A stretch of DNA of 64,000 nucleotides from a virus, in IMG/VR virus record IMGVR_UViG_3300049001_000080, positions 38,446 to 102,445 of that record; one strand, written 5' to 3'. A program made the position numbers and the translations under genes. The notes below the pieces were generated by a model that was given only the letters and a program-made list of their open reading frames with translations, was not told the origin of the DNA and did not search any database. Positions 45,619-53,684 of the stretch are shown here, one piece after another; position 1 is the first letter of the stretch, and each line of letters opens with the position of its first letter.

Positions 45619-46587
45619 TCAGCCGCCCGTGCGCGTGATGACGATGACCACTCCCGCAGCACCCGCGCCACCGGCGCCCGACGCGTTGGTGTTCAGGCTG
45701 CCCGCGCCCCCACCGCCGCCACCGCCGTAGATGCCGCCCGCACCCCCGGCACCGCTCGCGGCCGAGATCGACGACGCGCCCCCGCCACCCCCGACGCCCG
45801 GCTGCCCGGAGGTGGAGGCCCCCGCCGCGCCCGCCGCGCCAGCGCCACCGGCCGTGCCGCCGGCACCGACGGCCAGCGTCGAGATGGCCGACCCACCGCC
45901 CGCGCCACCGACCGACGCCGCGTCGCCCGTGGTGATGCCACCGCCGGAGCCGCCACCGCCCGTGCCGGCCCCCGTCGACCCCGCGACCCCCGCGGCTCCG
46001 GTGGTGGAGGCCGAGCCTCCCGCGCCGGAGGCGAGCAGGCCGGAGACGGACGCGCCGCCCGCGCCTGCCGTCGCCGTCCCCGCGGCGCCGGCCAGGCCGC
46101 CCAGGGCCCGCAGGACGCTGCCGAAGGCCGACGCGCCACCGGCGCCACCCGCGTTGCCGTCCGTGGTGTCCGCGGTGACCGCCGCCCCGGCCGTACCCGC
46201 CGCCCCGACGGTCACCGCGACGGTGGCGCCCAGCGAGGCCGCCGGCACCGTGATCGAAGAGTACGCACCCCCGCCTCCGCCACCCCCGCCGCAGCGGACG
46301 GCACCAGCGGCACCGCGCCGGCCTGAGCCGCCGCCGCCGCCAGCGCCGACGGCGATCACCGTGACGGAGGTAGCGCCGGCCGGCTTGGTCCAGGTCCCGT
46401 TGGCCGTGAAGACCTGGGTGCCCGCCGTGGTCGGGCCGAGGTCGGTGATCGTCGTGCCCACGAGGCCGCTCGGGATGCTGGCGAACTGGTCGTCCGTCAG
46501 GCTGGCCGACTGGCCCTCGTTGTAGCTGTTCCCGTCGGGGAGGAGCACGCTCCGGTAGCCTGTGGCGATCTGTACCAGGCGGCCCAT
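45619..46587 (-). CDS. Glycine-rich fibre protein with shared N-terminal domain
   Basis: MGRLVQ..LPDG N-terminus; FTANGTWTKPAG..VIAVGAGGGGG Gly-rich domain. Confidence 0.75.
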   Translation of the reverse strand: MGRLVQIATGYRSVLLPDGNSYNEGQSASLTDDQFASIPSGLVGTTITDLGPTTAGTQVFTANGTWTKPAGATSVTVIAVGAGGGGGSGRRGAAGAVRCGGGGGGGGAYSSITVPAASLGATVAVTVGAAGTAGAAVTADTTDGNAGGAGGASAFGSVLRALGGLAGAAGTATAGAGGASVSGLLASGAGGSASTTGAAGVAGSTGAGTGGGGSGGGITTGDAASVGGAGGGSAISTLAVGAGGTAGGAGAAGAAGASTSGQPGVGGGGGASSISAASGAGGAGGIYGGGGGGGAGSLNTNASGAGGAGAAGVVIVITRTGG

Positions 46588-46618
46588 GGGTCCTCCTCGG
46601 GGGTCGGGCTCGGCGTCG

Positions 46619-46655
46619 TCACCCCTTCACCCGGCTCCCGCCGCGCGTGCACAGG
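46619..46655 (-). promoter_or_regulatory. Putative late promoter CCTGT-N23-AAGGGGTGA
   Basis: Repeated motif. Confidence 0.65.
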
Positions 46656-46680
46656 GCACGCGCGGCACCCCGCCCCCGGC

Positions 46681-47727
46681 CTAGGTGACGGGCCCCTCGT
46701 GGACCGTGACGGTGAGGCCGTCGACGGCCTCCCGAGCCGCGTCCACCGCGATCTGGTGGAGCTGCGCGGCGTCCACGCCTCCGGGGTGCTGGAGGACCGA
46801 GGCCAGCGCGGCGAACTTCGCGGCGAGCGCCTGCTGGCCGCTGGCCAGGGAGGCAACCTGCTCCGCCAGCGTCTTGACGGCGTCGCCGAGGCCGGCGGCC
46901 GGGTCGTCCCCCAGCGTGGCGCGCATGGCGCTCAACTGGGCGTCACTGAACCCAGCGACGCTGGGCAGGCCCGCCTTGGCGAACCCCGTCAGGGCGGCGG
47001 AGGACACGCCGGAGATGCCGTGCTCTCGGAGCAGCCAGGCCGTGCCGTCGTCGTCGCGGCGCAGGATGATCATGTCGGTGTCCTCCCGTGGTGGGGGTGG
47101 GGGCGCGACCGGCGGCGCGGTGGCGAGCCAGTCGAGGAGCACCCGGCTGTAGTCAGCCGGCCCGGGCACGCCCGGCACGCGGGCGGTCGAGGTGAACTGC
47201 CGCGCGGCGACCTGCCTGCGGTCCCAGCCGTTGGGCAGCCGCATGGTCGCGTCGAGGTGGGCGGAGTTGTAGTCGGACAGCCACAGCCGCCGCCAGCCGG
47301 GGTGCAGGATGCTGGCGGTGATCTTGTACGGGTTGGCGAACCAGACGCCGGTGTAGAGGCTCCCCGGGTAGCCGAGGCCGCCGCCGCGGTAGGTGAACCG
47401 GGCCGCGGATGCGTCGGCGTCAGCCGGGTTGTTGGTGTCCTCGCTGTCCAGGCACAGCAGGTCCAGCGGGAACGGGCGTGGGCCGCCAGCGTCGCGGATC
47501 GCGTCGAGGTAGTAGTCGAACTGCTCGGCGCCGTCGAACCTGGCCCGGTCGAAGTGGTAGAGGTCCAGCGGCTTGTGCCGGGCGACGGCGTACCGGTAGC
47601 GGTCGGGGAAGGCCGGGTCGCGGAACCCGATGCCCTCGCTGACCTTGAGCGCGAGGCGGTCGTGCGCGGCCCAGTAGACGGCCTGGTCGAGCGCCTGGTG
47701 GTGGGAGGCGTCGAGGAAGGTGGTCAT
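46681..47727 (-). CDS. Endolysin, GH25 muramidase
   Basis: DASHHQ, KVSEG, YHF, LDSE, LWLSDY, QFTS...VPG motifs; Pro-rich linker; C-terminal domain. Confidence 0.85.
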   Translation of the reverse strand: MTTFLDASHHQALDQAVYWAAHDRLALKVSEGIGFRDPAFPDRYRYAVARHKPLDLYHFDRARFDGAEQFDYYLDAIRDAGGPRPFPLDLLCLDSEDTNNPADADASAARFTYRGGGLGYPGSLYTGVWFANPYKITASILHPGWRRLWLSDYNSAHLDATMRLPNGWDRRQVAARQFTSTARVPGVPGPADYSRVLLDWLATAPPVAPPPPPREDTDMIILRRDDDGTAWLLREHGISGVSSAALTGFAKAGLPSVAGFSDAQLSAMRATLGDDPAAGLGDAVKTLAEQVASLASGQQALAAKFAALASVLQHPGGVDAAQLHQIAVDAAREAVDGLTVTVHEGPVT

Positions 47728-47903
47728 CGCAGTCGCGCCCGCGCCTGCGCCAGGTCGCGGTGCCCGGCCAGCTCCGCGCACTCGTCACACGGCGGTCCGT
47801 CACCTGGGCCCGTCGGCTCGCGACCGCAGAACGTCAGCTTGCCCAGCGGCGGCACGAGGTGCGTCGACCCGTCCGCGACGACTACTTTCTGGTCCTCAGG
47901 CAT
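47724..47903 (-). CDS. Small zinc-finger protein (59 aa)
   Basis: RBS GAGGAGG; MPEDQKV...THL...FCG...PCDEC; stop overlaps lysin ATG. Confidence 0.6.
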   Translation of the reverse strand: MPEDQKVVVADGSTHLVPPLGKLTFCGREPTGPGDGPPCDECAELAGHRDLAQARARLR

Positions 47904-47939
47904 GCACGCCCTCCTCGGCGTCGATGGCGCGGCTCGCGG

Positions 47940-50900
47940 TCACGAGACTAGGAACGCGACGCGCGGGGCGATGGAGATCGAGGTGGGCGTGCCGGCGGGC
48001 GACGGCAGCGCCCCGGTGGCGGAGGGGGTCGAGTAGCCGCACCCCTGGCTCGACAGCGAAGTGGGCGTGGTGGTGTTCAGGGCCATCAGCAGGGGTGTGC
48101 TGGTGGCCGTCCTCATCGTCGGCTGCGTGGTCACCACGTTCTGCACCGCGCCGCCGAACCAGTAGAGCCCGCGGGTCAGCCCGACGGTCAGGCCGGTGAC
48201 GGTCCGCATGCCGGTTGCCCCGTCTCCGGCCACCGTGCCGGCGTCCACCACCAGCACGCCCGGGAGCCCCGTCCCGTCGTCGGCGTAGACGCCGATCCGG
48301 AAGAGGGAGCCGGCCTCGCCGGCCGTCGTCACCTCGACGGCTATCGAGGTCAGGGTCACTGGCCGGTCGATGTAGTAGGGCACGAGGCGGAGCGTCCCGA
48401 CGCCGAGGGTGGCGAGGGTGGAGAAGACGCTGCCGGTCACGTGCCACCGGCCCGGCTGCGTGAAGAAGGGCGAGCGCGACGACGCCTCGTGCCAGGTGGT
48501 CCCGTCGTTCCACTCCAGCCCCCGGTCGGCCCGGAACCCGGCCTGGCCCGGCAGCACGAGGGCGGGGCGCCCGGCGGCGTTGTCCCAGGACGGGATCACG
48601 AGCTGGCCCGCGGAGCCGGGGAGGGAGAGCGCCGGCCGGTAGATCGACGCGCCGTTCCACCCCGCGGCGCCGCCGTAGTAGGGGACGGCGTGCCCCTCGG
48701 AGATGCTGCCGCCCTGGAAGGTGAGGTAGGTGACCTTCTCCACCCACAGCCCGTACTTGGGGTGCAGGTAGGAGGGGTTGCCGCCCCCGTCGTCGGCCTT
48801 GCCCTCGGTGGTGGTGCACCCGACGAAGGAGACCCGGTCCACGAGGTTCCCCGTGATCCCTCGCACGCGGATCGCGGCGAACTCCCCGATCGTGGTCATG
48901 TCGCCGAACCCGTCGCGGTTGAGCCTGCACCCGACGAACTGGATGTGGTGCAGGCTGCGGCCGGACGCCACGTCGACGTCGACCCCGTGCCCGGAGTTCG
49001 CGTCGGTCGAGCAGCCCACGAACGAGGCGTTGAGCAGGTTCCCGCGCAGGTGGATGCCCGGCGCCGAGGTGGTCACGGGCGCCGTCGGGTTGGCGGGGTC
49101 CCAGCCGGACCGCTCGAACCGGCACTCGGAGAAGTGCACCTCGCCGGAGGAGCCGGTGCTGTCGATGTTCAGCGCGCCGGACAGGCACCCGGTGATGATC
49201 AGGCCGATGAACCACACGTCGGTCCAGCTCGTGGAGCCGGTGCAGTTCGCCCCCCACCCGTGGCAGCCGCCGATGAAGACGTTCTTGAGCCGGGAGGCGA
49301 ACAGGCGCCCGCGGATGCCGTCGCCGCCGAAGCCGATGATCGCGACGTTGTCGACGACCATGTTGTTCTCGACGCCGCTGGGGTTGGCCAGCACGACGCC
49401 GTGGATGCTACCGACGTTGTTGCCGAGCAGGCTGATGTCCCGGATGCTGCCCGCCGTGTAGGAGCTGCCCGGCGCGAGCATGGCCGTCTGCGCGCTACCG
49501 GTCCTCATCTTGAGCGCGCAGGAGGTGGGCGGCGTCGTGGTGCTGTTGTAGCCCCAGTACCGGGAGGAGGGCTCGCACCCGAGGATGTGCGAGTACGCCG
49601 GCAGGGCGTGGCCGCCGTCGGTCATGTAGGTGCCGGCCGGGAAGAAGAGGACCCCGCCGCCGGCCGAGGTGATGGCGGCCAGCGCGGTGTTGATCGCCGC
49701 GGTGTCGTTGGTCGACCCGTCCCCCACGGCGCCGTAGTCCTTGGCGTTGAGGAAGAGGCTGCCCTTCGTCACCTTCGTCGCCAGGCCGGTGTCCACGTAG
49801 GACGTCGAGGCCCCGCTGCCGGCCCTCAGGGCGGGTGTGTAGGTCTTGCTGGTCCGGTCCCCGATGACGGTCAGCTCGGGCAGCAGCGGCGTCGTCTGGT
49901 GGCTGCCTAGGTCGTCCACCGCCGTCACCACGGCGCCGACGACCCCGCGGATGTCGACCATCGAGGTCCAGTGCAGCCTGATCCCGACGTCGGGAGCCTT
50001 GGAGCCGGCCGAGCCGTCGGTGTCCGAGACGGAGATCGACAGGCCGTCGATCGAGACGGGCGACGTGGGCAGGCTGGAGGAGCTCCCGATGATCTCCAGC
50101 GCGGCGTAGGTGGAGTCGCGGACGGTGGACGCCCCGCTCTGCCTCCCGTTGATGCCGTCCCTGTGCAGGCGGATGTTCGTGTAGACGTTGTTGCCGAACC
50201 CCCTGCGCAGGATGCGCATGCCGCACTTCTGGTTGCGGTCGGTGGAGAAGTTCGTGATCTGCACGCCGCCGGTCTGACCGAGGCCCTGGATGACGAGGCC
50301 GTTCCCGTTCCTGAACACGGCGCGGCAGGAGATCATGTGCGACTCGGCGCCGTCAGAGATGTTGAACCCGTCGCCGGTGGACGAGGTGCGGGTGGTGGCG
50401 CCGCGGGCCAGGCAGTCGAACATGACGCAGTCGGTGAAGCCAGACTCGAACCAGAAGGCGTGCGCGTCGCCGTCGCCGCGGACGGTGTAGTACTCGTGGC
50501 CGCGCCCGGCGTTGCCGCTGGCGTCGTCGAGCGTGTGCAGGGTCGAGCCGGTGATGTGGTAGACGTCCAGGCGCTCCAGCCTGACGTTCTGGACGTCGCC
50601 CTCGATCCGGAAGGCGTCCACCACCTGCCCGGTGGTCGCCAGGTTGTTGCCGTCCACGCTGAGCCCGACCACGGCGCCCGCGTAGTTGTCGACGCCCGAG
50701 CCGAGGTTGACCCCGAACTCGCTCAGTAGCTTGGAGGCGGTGAGGAACAGGAACACGGCCCGGCCGCTGAACGAGGACGCCGGCTGGATCATCACCCGCG
50801 CCGGGGCGGCGTAGGGCCAGCGCGGGGAGAAGTAGCCCTCGACCGTGACGGCGGGCTTCATCAGCAGCGGCGCGGTGACCTTGTAGGTGCCGGGCGGCAG

Positions 50901-52487
50901 GATGACCTTGCCGCCCTTGGGGCACGCGTCGATCAGCGCTTGCAGCGCGGCCGTGTCGTCGGTGGTGCCGTTGCCCGTGACCCCGTTGGCCTGGCTGTTG
51001 GCCATCGCCGTGTAGGGGCTGAGCGCGAGCGTGCCCGCAGCCGCCTGGGTGGCGCCCGTCCCCAGCGTGCGCAGGCTCGCCGTGCCTGCGGCGGCGTCCT
51101 TGATCGCGGACGAGACCTCCGCACCCCCGACCGCGCCCGCCGCGATGGTGGGCGCCGGGTAGCTCCCGGCGAGCGAGCCCGAGGCGCTGCCGCCCGGTGT
51201 GCGCGAGTCCGACAGGCGCGAGTCGTTGCCGGCCGCCGCCTGAGCGGCGCCCGTCCCGAGCGTCCTGAGCCCCGCGGTGCCGGCTGAGGGGTCCTTGATC
51301 GCGGACGCCACCTCTGTCCCGCCCACGGAGCCGGCCGCGAGCGTGGGGCTGGGGTACGTGCCCGCCAGGGAGCCGCCAGCGGTACCGCTCGGCGCCCGGG
51401 AGTCGGCCAGCCTGGCGTCGTTCCCCGCGGCGGCCTGCTGGGCTCCGGTGCCGAGGGTGCGCAGACCCGCTGTGCCGGCGACGGGGTCCTTGATGCCCGA
51501 GGCGACCTCGGTGCCGCCTACCGACCCAGCGGCCAGTGTGGGCGACGGGTAGGTGCCGGTCAGCGACCCACCGGCCGACCCACCGGGCGCCCGGGAGTCG
51601 GAGAGCCTCGCGTCGTTGCCGGCGGCGGCCTGGACGGACGAGGTACCCAGCGTGCGCAGGGAGGCCGTGCCTGCGGGGCCGTCTGTCGGCACGGCAGCGA
51701 CAGCAGCAGCGGCGGCCCCCGCCGCATCGGCGCCGATGCTGGCGGCCGTGATGGGGTCGGTGCCAGCGGCGGCGTGGGTCGACGCGTGCGAGAGGGGGGT
51801 GCGCGCGTCGGACAGCCGAGCGTCGTTGCCGGCCGTGGCCTGCGTCGATCCGGTGCCCAACGTGCGCAGGCCCGCCGTGCCGGCTGAGGGGTCGGCGGGC
51901 GGCGTGAGGTGGACGTGGTCGTCCCGCGCCGCGCTGGTGGCCACGCCGGGCGCGGCCACGCCCAGGGGCTGCGGCGTGGCGGAGCTGAGTGGCGGGTTGG
52001 CGGAGTGCGCGTGGCTTCCTACCGCAGCCTGCTGTGCTCCGGTACCGAGCGTGCGGAGGCCGGCCGTGCCGGCGACCGGGTCGGCTGGGGACGGCGGGTG
52101 CACGTGGTCCTCGTGGCCCGCGGAGGTCGAGGTGCCGGCCGCCGCTGTGCCGGGGCCGAGCGGCGTCGCCGAGCCGAGCGCGGGGCCGCCACCGCCAGCG
52201 TGGGAGTGGTCGCCGGGCGACGCCTGGCGGGAGCCCGCGCCCAGGGTCCGTAGCGACGGCGTGGTGGCGACGGCGTCGCTCGTGATCTCGGCGCCGCTGG
52301 ACTCGATCGGCGGGTCATCCGCAGACCCTAGGTCGACGATCCGGACCCCGACCCACCCGGCGGGCAGCTCCGCCCACTGCAACTCGGACAGCGTCACCAG
52401 GTCGCCTGGGCGGTGCACCTGGCCGTCGGGGAGCGTGATGCCGCGGTACTCCCCCGGTCGCGAGATGACCTGCACGAGCCTGCCCAT
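47940..52487 (-). CDS. Fibre/spike with two pectate-lyase-3-like beta-helix domains
   Basis: Shared N-terminal domain; seven LRTLG repeats; GVTGNGTTDDTAALQ...PPGTY and KDYGAVGDGSTNDTAAIN...PAGTY. Confidence 0.85.
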   Translation of the reverse strand: MGRLVQVISRPGEYRGITLPDGQVHRPGDLVTLSELQWAELPAGWVGVRIVDLGSADDPPIESSGAEITSDAVATTPSLRTLGAGSRQASPGDHSHAGGGGPALGSATPLGPGTAAAGTSTSAGHEDHVHPPSPADPVAGTAGLRTLGTGAQQAAVGSHAHSANPPLSSATPQPLGVAAPGVATSAARDDHVHLTPPADPSAGTAGLRTLGTGSTQATAGNDARLSDARTPLSHASTHAAAGTDPITAASIGADAAGAAAAAVAAVPTDGPAGTASLRTLGTSSVQAAAGNDARLSDSRAPGGSAGGSLTGTYPSPTLAAGSVGGTEVASGIKDPVAGTAGLRTLGTGAQQAAAGNDARLADSRAPSGTAGGSLAGTYPSPTLAAGSVGGTEVASAIKDPSAGTAGLRTLGTGAAQAAAGNDSRLSDSRTPGGSASGSLAGSYPAPTIAAGAVGGAEVSSAIKDAAAGTASLRTLGTGATQAAAGTLALSPYTAMANSQANGVTGNGTTDDTAALQALIDACPKGGKVILPPGTYKVTAPLLMKPAVTVEGYFSPRWPYAAPARVMIQPASSFSGRAVFLFLTASKLLSEFGVNLGSGVDNYAGAVVGLSVDGNNLATTGQVVDAFRIEGDVQNVRLERLDVYHITGSTLHTLDDASGNAGRGHEYYTVRGDGDAHAFWFESGFTDCVMFDCLARGATTRTSSTGDGFNISDGAESHMISCRAVFRNGNGLVIQGLGQTGGVQITNFSTDRNQKCGMRILRRGFGNNVYTNIRLHRDGINGRQSGASTVRDSTYAALEIIGSSSSLPTSPVSIDGLSISVSDTDGSAGSKAPDVGIRLHWTSMVDIRGVVGAVVTAVDDLGSHQTTPLLPELTVIGDRTSKTYTPALRAGSGASTSYVDTGLATKVTKGSLFLNAKDYGAVGDGSTNDTAAINTALAAITSAGGGVLFFPAGTYMTDGGHALPAYSHILGCEPSSRYWGYNSTTTPPTSCALKMRTGSAQTAMLAPGSSYTAGSIRDISLLGNNVGSIHGVVLANPSGVENNMVVDNVAIIGFGGDGIRGRLFASRLKNVFIGGCHGWGANCTGSTSWTDVWFIGLIITGCLSGALNIDSTGSSGEVHFSECRFERSGWDPANPTAPVTTSAPGIHLRGNLLNASFVGCSTDANSGHGVDVDVASGRSLHHIQFVGCRLNRDGFGDMTTIGEFAAIRVRGITGNLVDRVSFVGCTTTEGKADDGGGNPSYLHPKYGLWVEKVTYLTFQGGSISEGHAVPYYGGAAGWNGASIYRPALSLPGSAGQLVIPSWDNAAGRPALVLPGQAGFRADRGLEWNDGTTWHEASSRSPFFTQPGRWHVTGSVFSTLATLGVGTLRLVPYYIDRPVTLTSIAVEVTTAGEAGSLFRIGVYADDGTGLPGVLVVDAGTVAGDGATGMRTVTGLTVGLTRGLYWFGGAVQNVVTTQPTMRTATSTPLLMALNTTTPTSLSSQGCGYSTPSATGALPSPAGTPTSISIAPRVAFLVS
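51030..52270 (-). repeat. Seven coding repeats D.(.)AGTA(G/S)LRTLGTG..QAAAGND.RLSD.R.P
   Basis: Read from translation; three more copies in the next gene (~53070-53500). Confidence 0.85.
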
Positions 52488-52513
52488 CGATCCTCCCCGT
52501 CAGCGGTCGAGCG

Positions 52514-53683
52514 TCACGGCGTCGGCGCGCCGTAGTTCAGCGCGCGCCAGCGCATCGGGTAGTCGGTGCTGTAGTACAACTTGCCGCTCGCCGCGCTCTT
52601 GTGGCCCAGCCCGAACGTCACCTGGCCGCTGGACAGGTGGCCGGAGGCGACGACCAGGCCGCCGTACCAGCCGCGCGGGCTCAGGGTCGGGTACAGCGCC
52701 GGGTCGCCCTCGGTGGCCGGCGTCGCGGTCTCCGTGCTCGCGTACCAGACCGCGGAGCCGCCGACGTACACCGCCACGTCGAACAGCAGCGCGGTGTCGC
52801 TCCTGTTGGTCAGCAGAGACAGGAGCACCTCGACGTAGTCGCCCACGACGGCGTCGATGGCCAGCGTCCCGACGGGCGTGTAGCGGGCCCACGCGCCGCT
52901 GGTGCTCGTGGGCGTGTCGCCGCCTGCCGACCCGGAGGTGACCAGCGCGCGGACCAGCCGGGGGCCGGCGGGGGTGTGCGTGTGGCCGGTGGCCGAGGCC
53001 CCGATCGCTGCGGGCGTCACCGGGTCGGCGCCGGCCGACGCGTGGCTGGCGGCGTGCGCGATCGGCGTGCGCGAGTCCGAGAGGCGGCCGTCGTTGCCGG
53101 CGGCGGCCGTGGTGCCCGACGTGCCCAGCGCCCGCAGCGCCGGTGTGCCCGCCGAGCCGCCGGAGGGGATGGCTGCCACCGCCGTGGCGGCCGTGCCGGC
53201 GGGGTCGTAGGTGCCGGAGTGCGTGTGGTTGCCGGCCGCCGCGGTAGTCGAGGTCGCCCCCAGCGTCCGCAGCCCCGCCGTCCCGGCAGCCGGGTCGGTC
53301 GCTGGTGCGGCGTGCACGTGGTCCTCGTGGCTGGCGGCGTCCGCCGTACCTGCGGCAGCCACGCCTAGCGGCTGCGGCGTCGCCGTGCCCACCGAGGCGC
53401 CGGAGCCACCTCCGCCGCCAGCGTGCGTGTGGTTCCCCGCAGCGGCCTGGGTAGCTCCTGAGCCCAGCGTGCGCAGGGATCCGGTGCCTGCGGCGGCGTC
53501 GGTCGGCGGCTCGGTGGGGTAGGAGGTCGGCCCCAGGTCGGTGACCATCGTGCCGATCCAGCCGGAGGGCACCAGGGCGTACTGGGGGTCGGACAGCACC
53601 ACCTGCTCGCCGGGGCGGTGCACGACCCCGTCCGGCAGCATCACGGCCCGCCGGTCGGCCATCACCTGCACCAGGCGCCCCAC
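52514..53683 (-). CDS. Fibre protein with shared N-terminal domain
   Basis: MGRLVQV..LPDG; three LR(T/A)LG repeats, HxH motifs, beta-rich tip. Confidence 0.8.
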   Translation of the reverse strand: MGRLVQVMADRRAVMLPDGVVHRPGEQVVLSDPQYALVPSGWIGTMVTDLGPTSYPTEPPTDAAAGTGSLRTLGSGATQAAAGNHTHAGGGGGSGASVGTATPQPLGVAAAGTADAASHEDHVHAAPATDPAAGTAGLRTLGATSTTAAAGNHTHSGTYDPAGTAATAVAAIPSGGSAGTPALRALGTSGTTAAAGNDGRLSDSRTPIAHAASHASAGADPVTPAAIGASATGHTHTPAGPRLVRALVTSGSAGGDTPTSTSGAWARYTPVGTLAIDAVVGDYVEVLLSLLTNRSDTALLFDVAVYVGGSAVWYASTETATPATEGDPALYPTLSPRGWYGGLVVASGHLSSGQVTFGLGHKSAASGKLYYSTDYPMRWRALNYGAPTP

Positions 53684-53684
53684 C

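Noticed and set aside
51030-53500. CRISPR-like array
   Set aside because: Repeats are in-frame, degenerate at third codon positions and encode fibre repeats; no cas genes.
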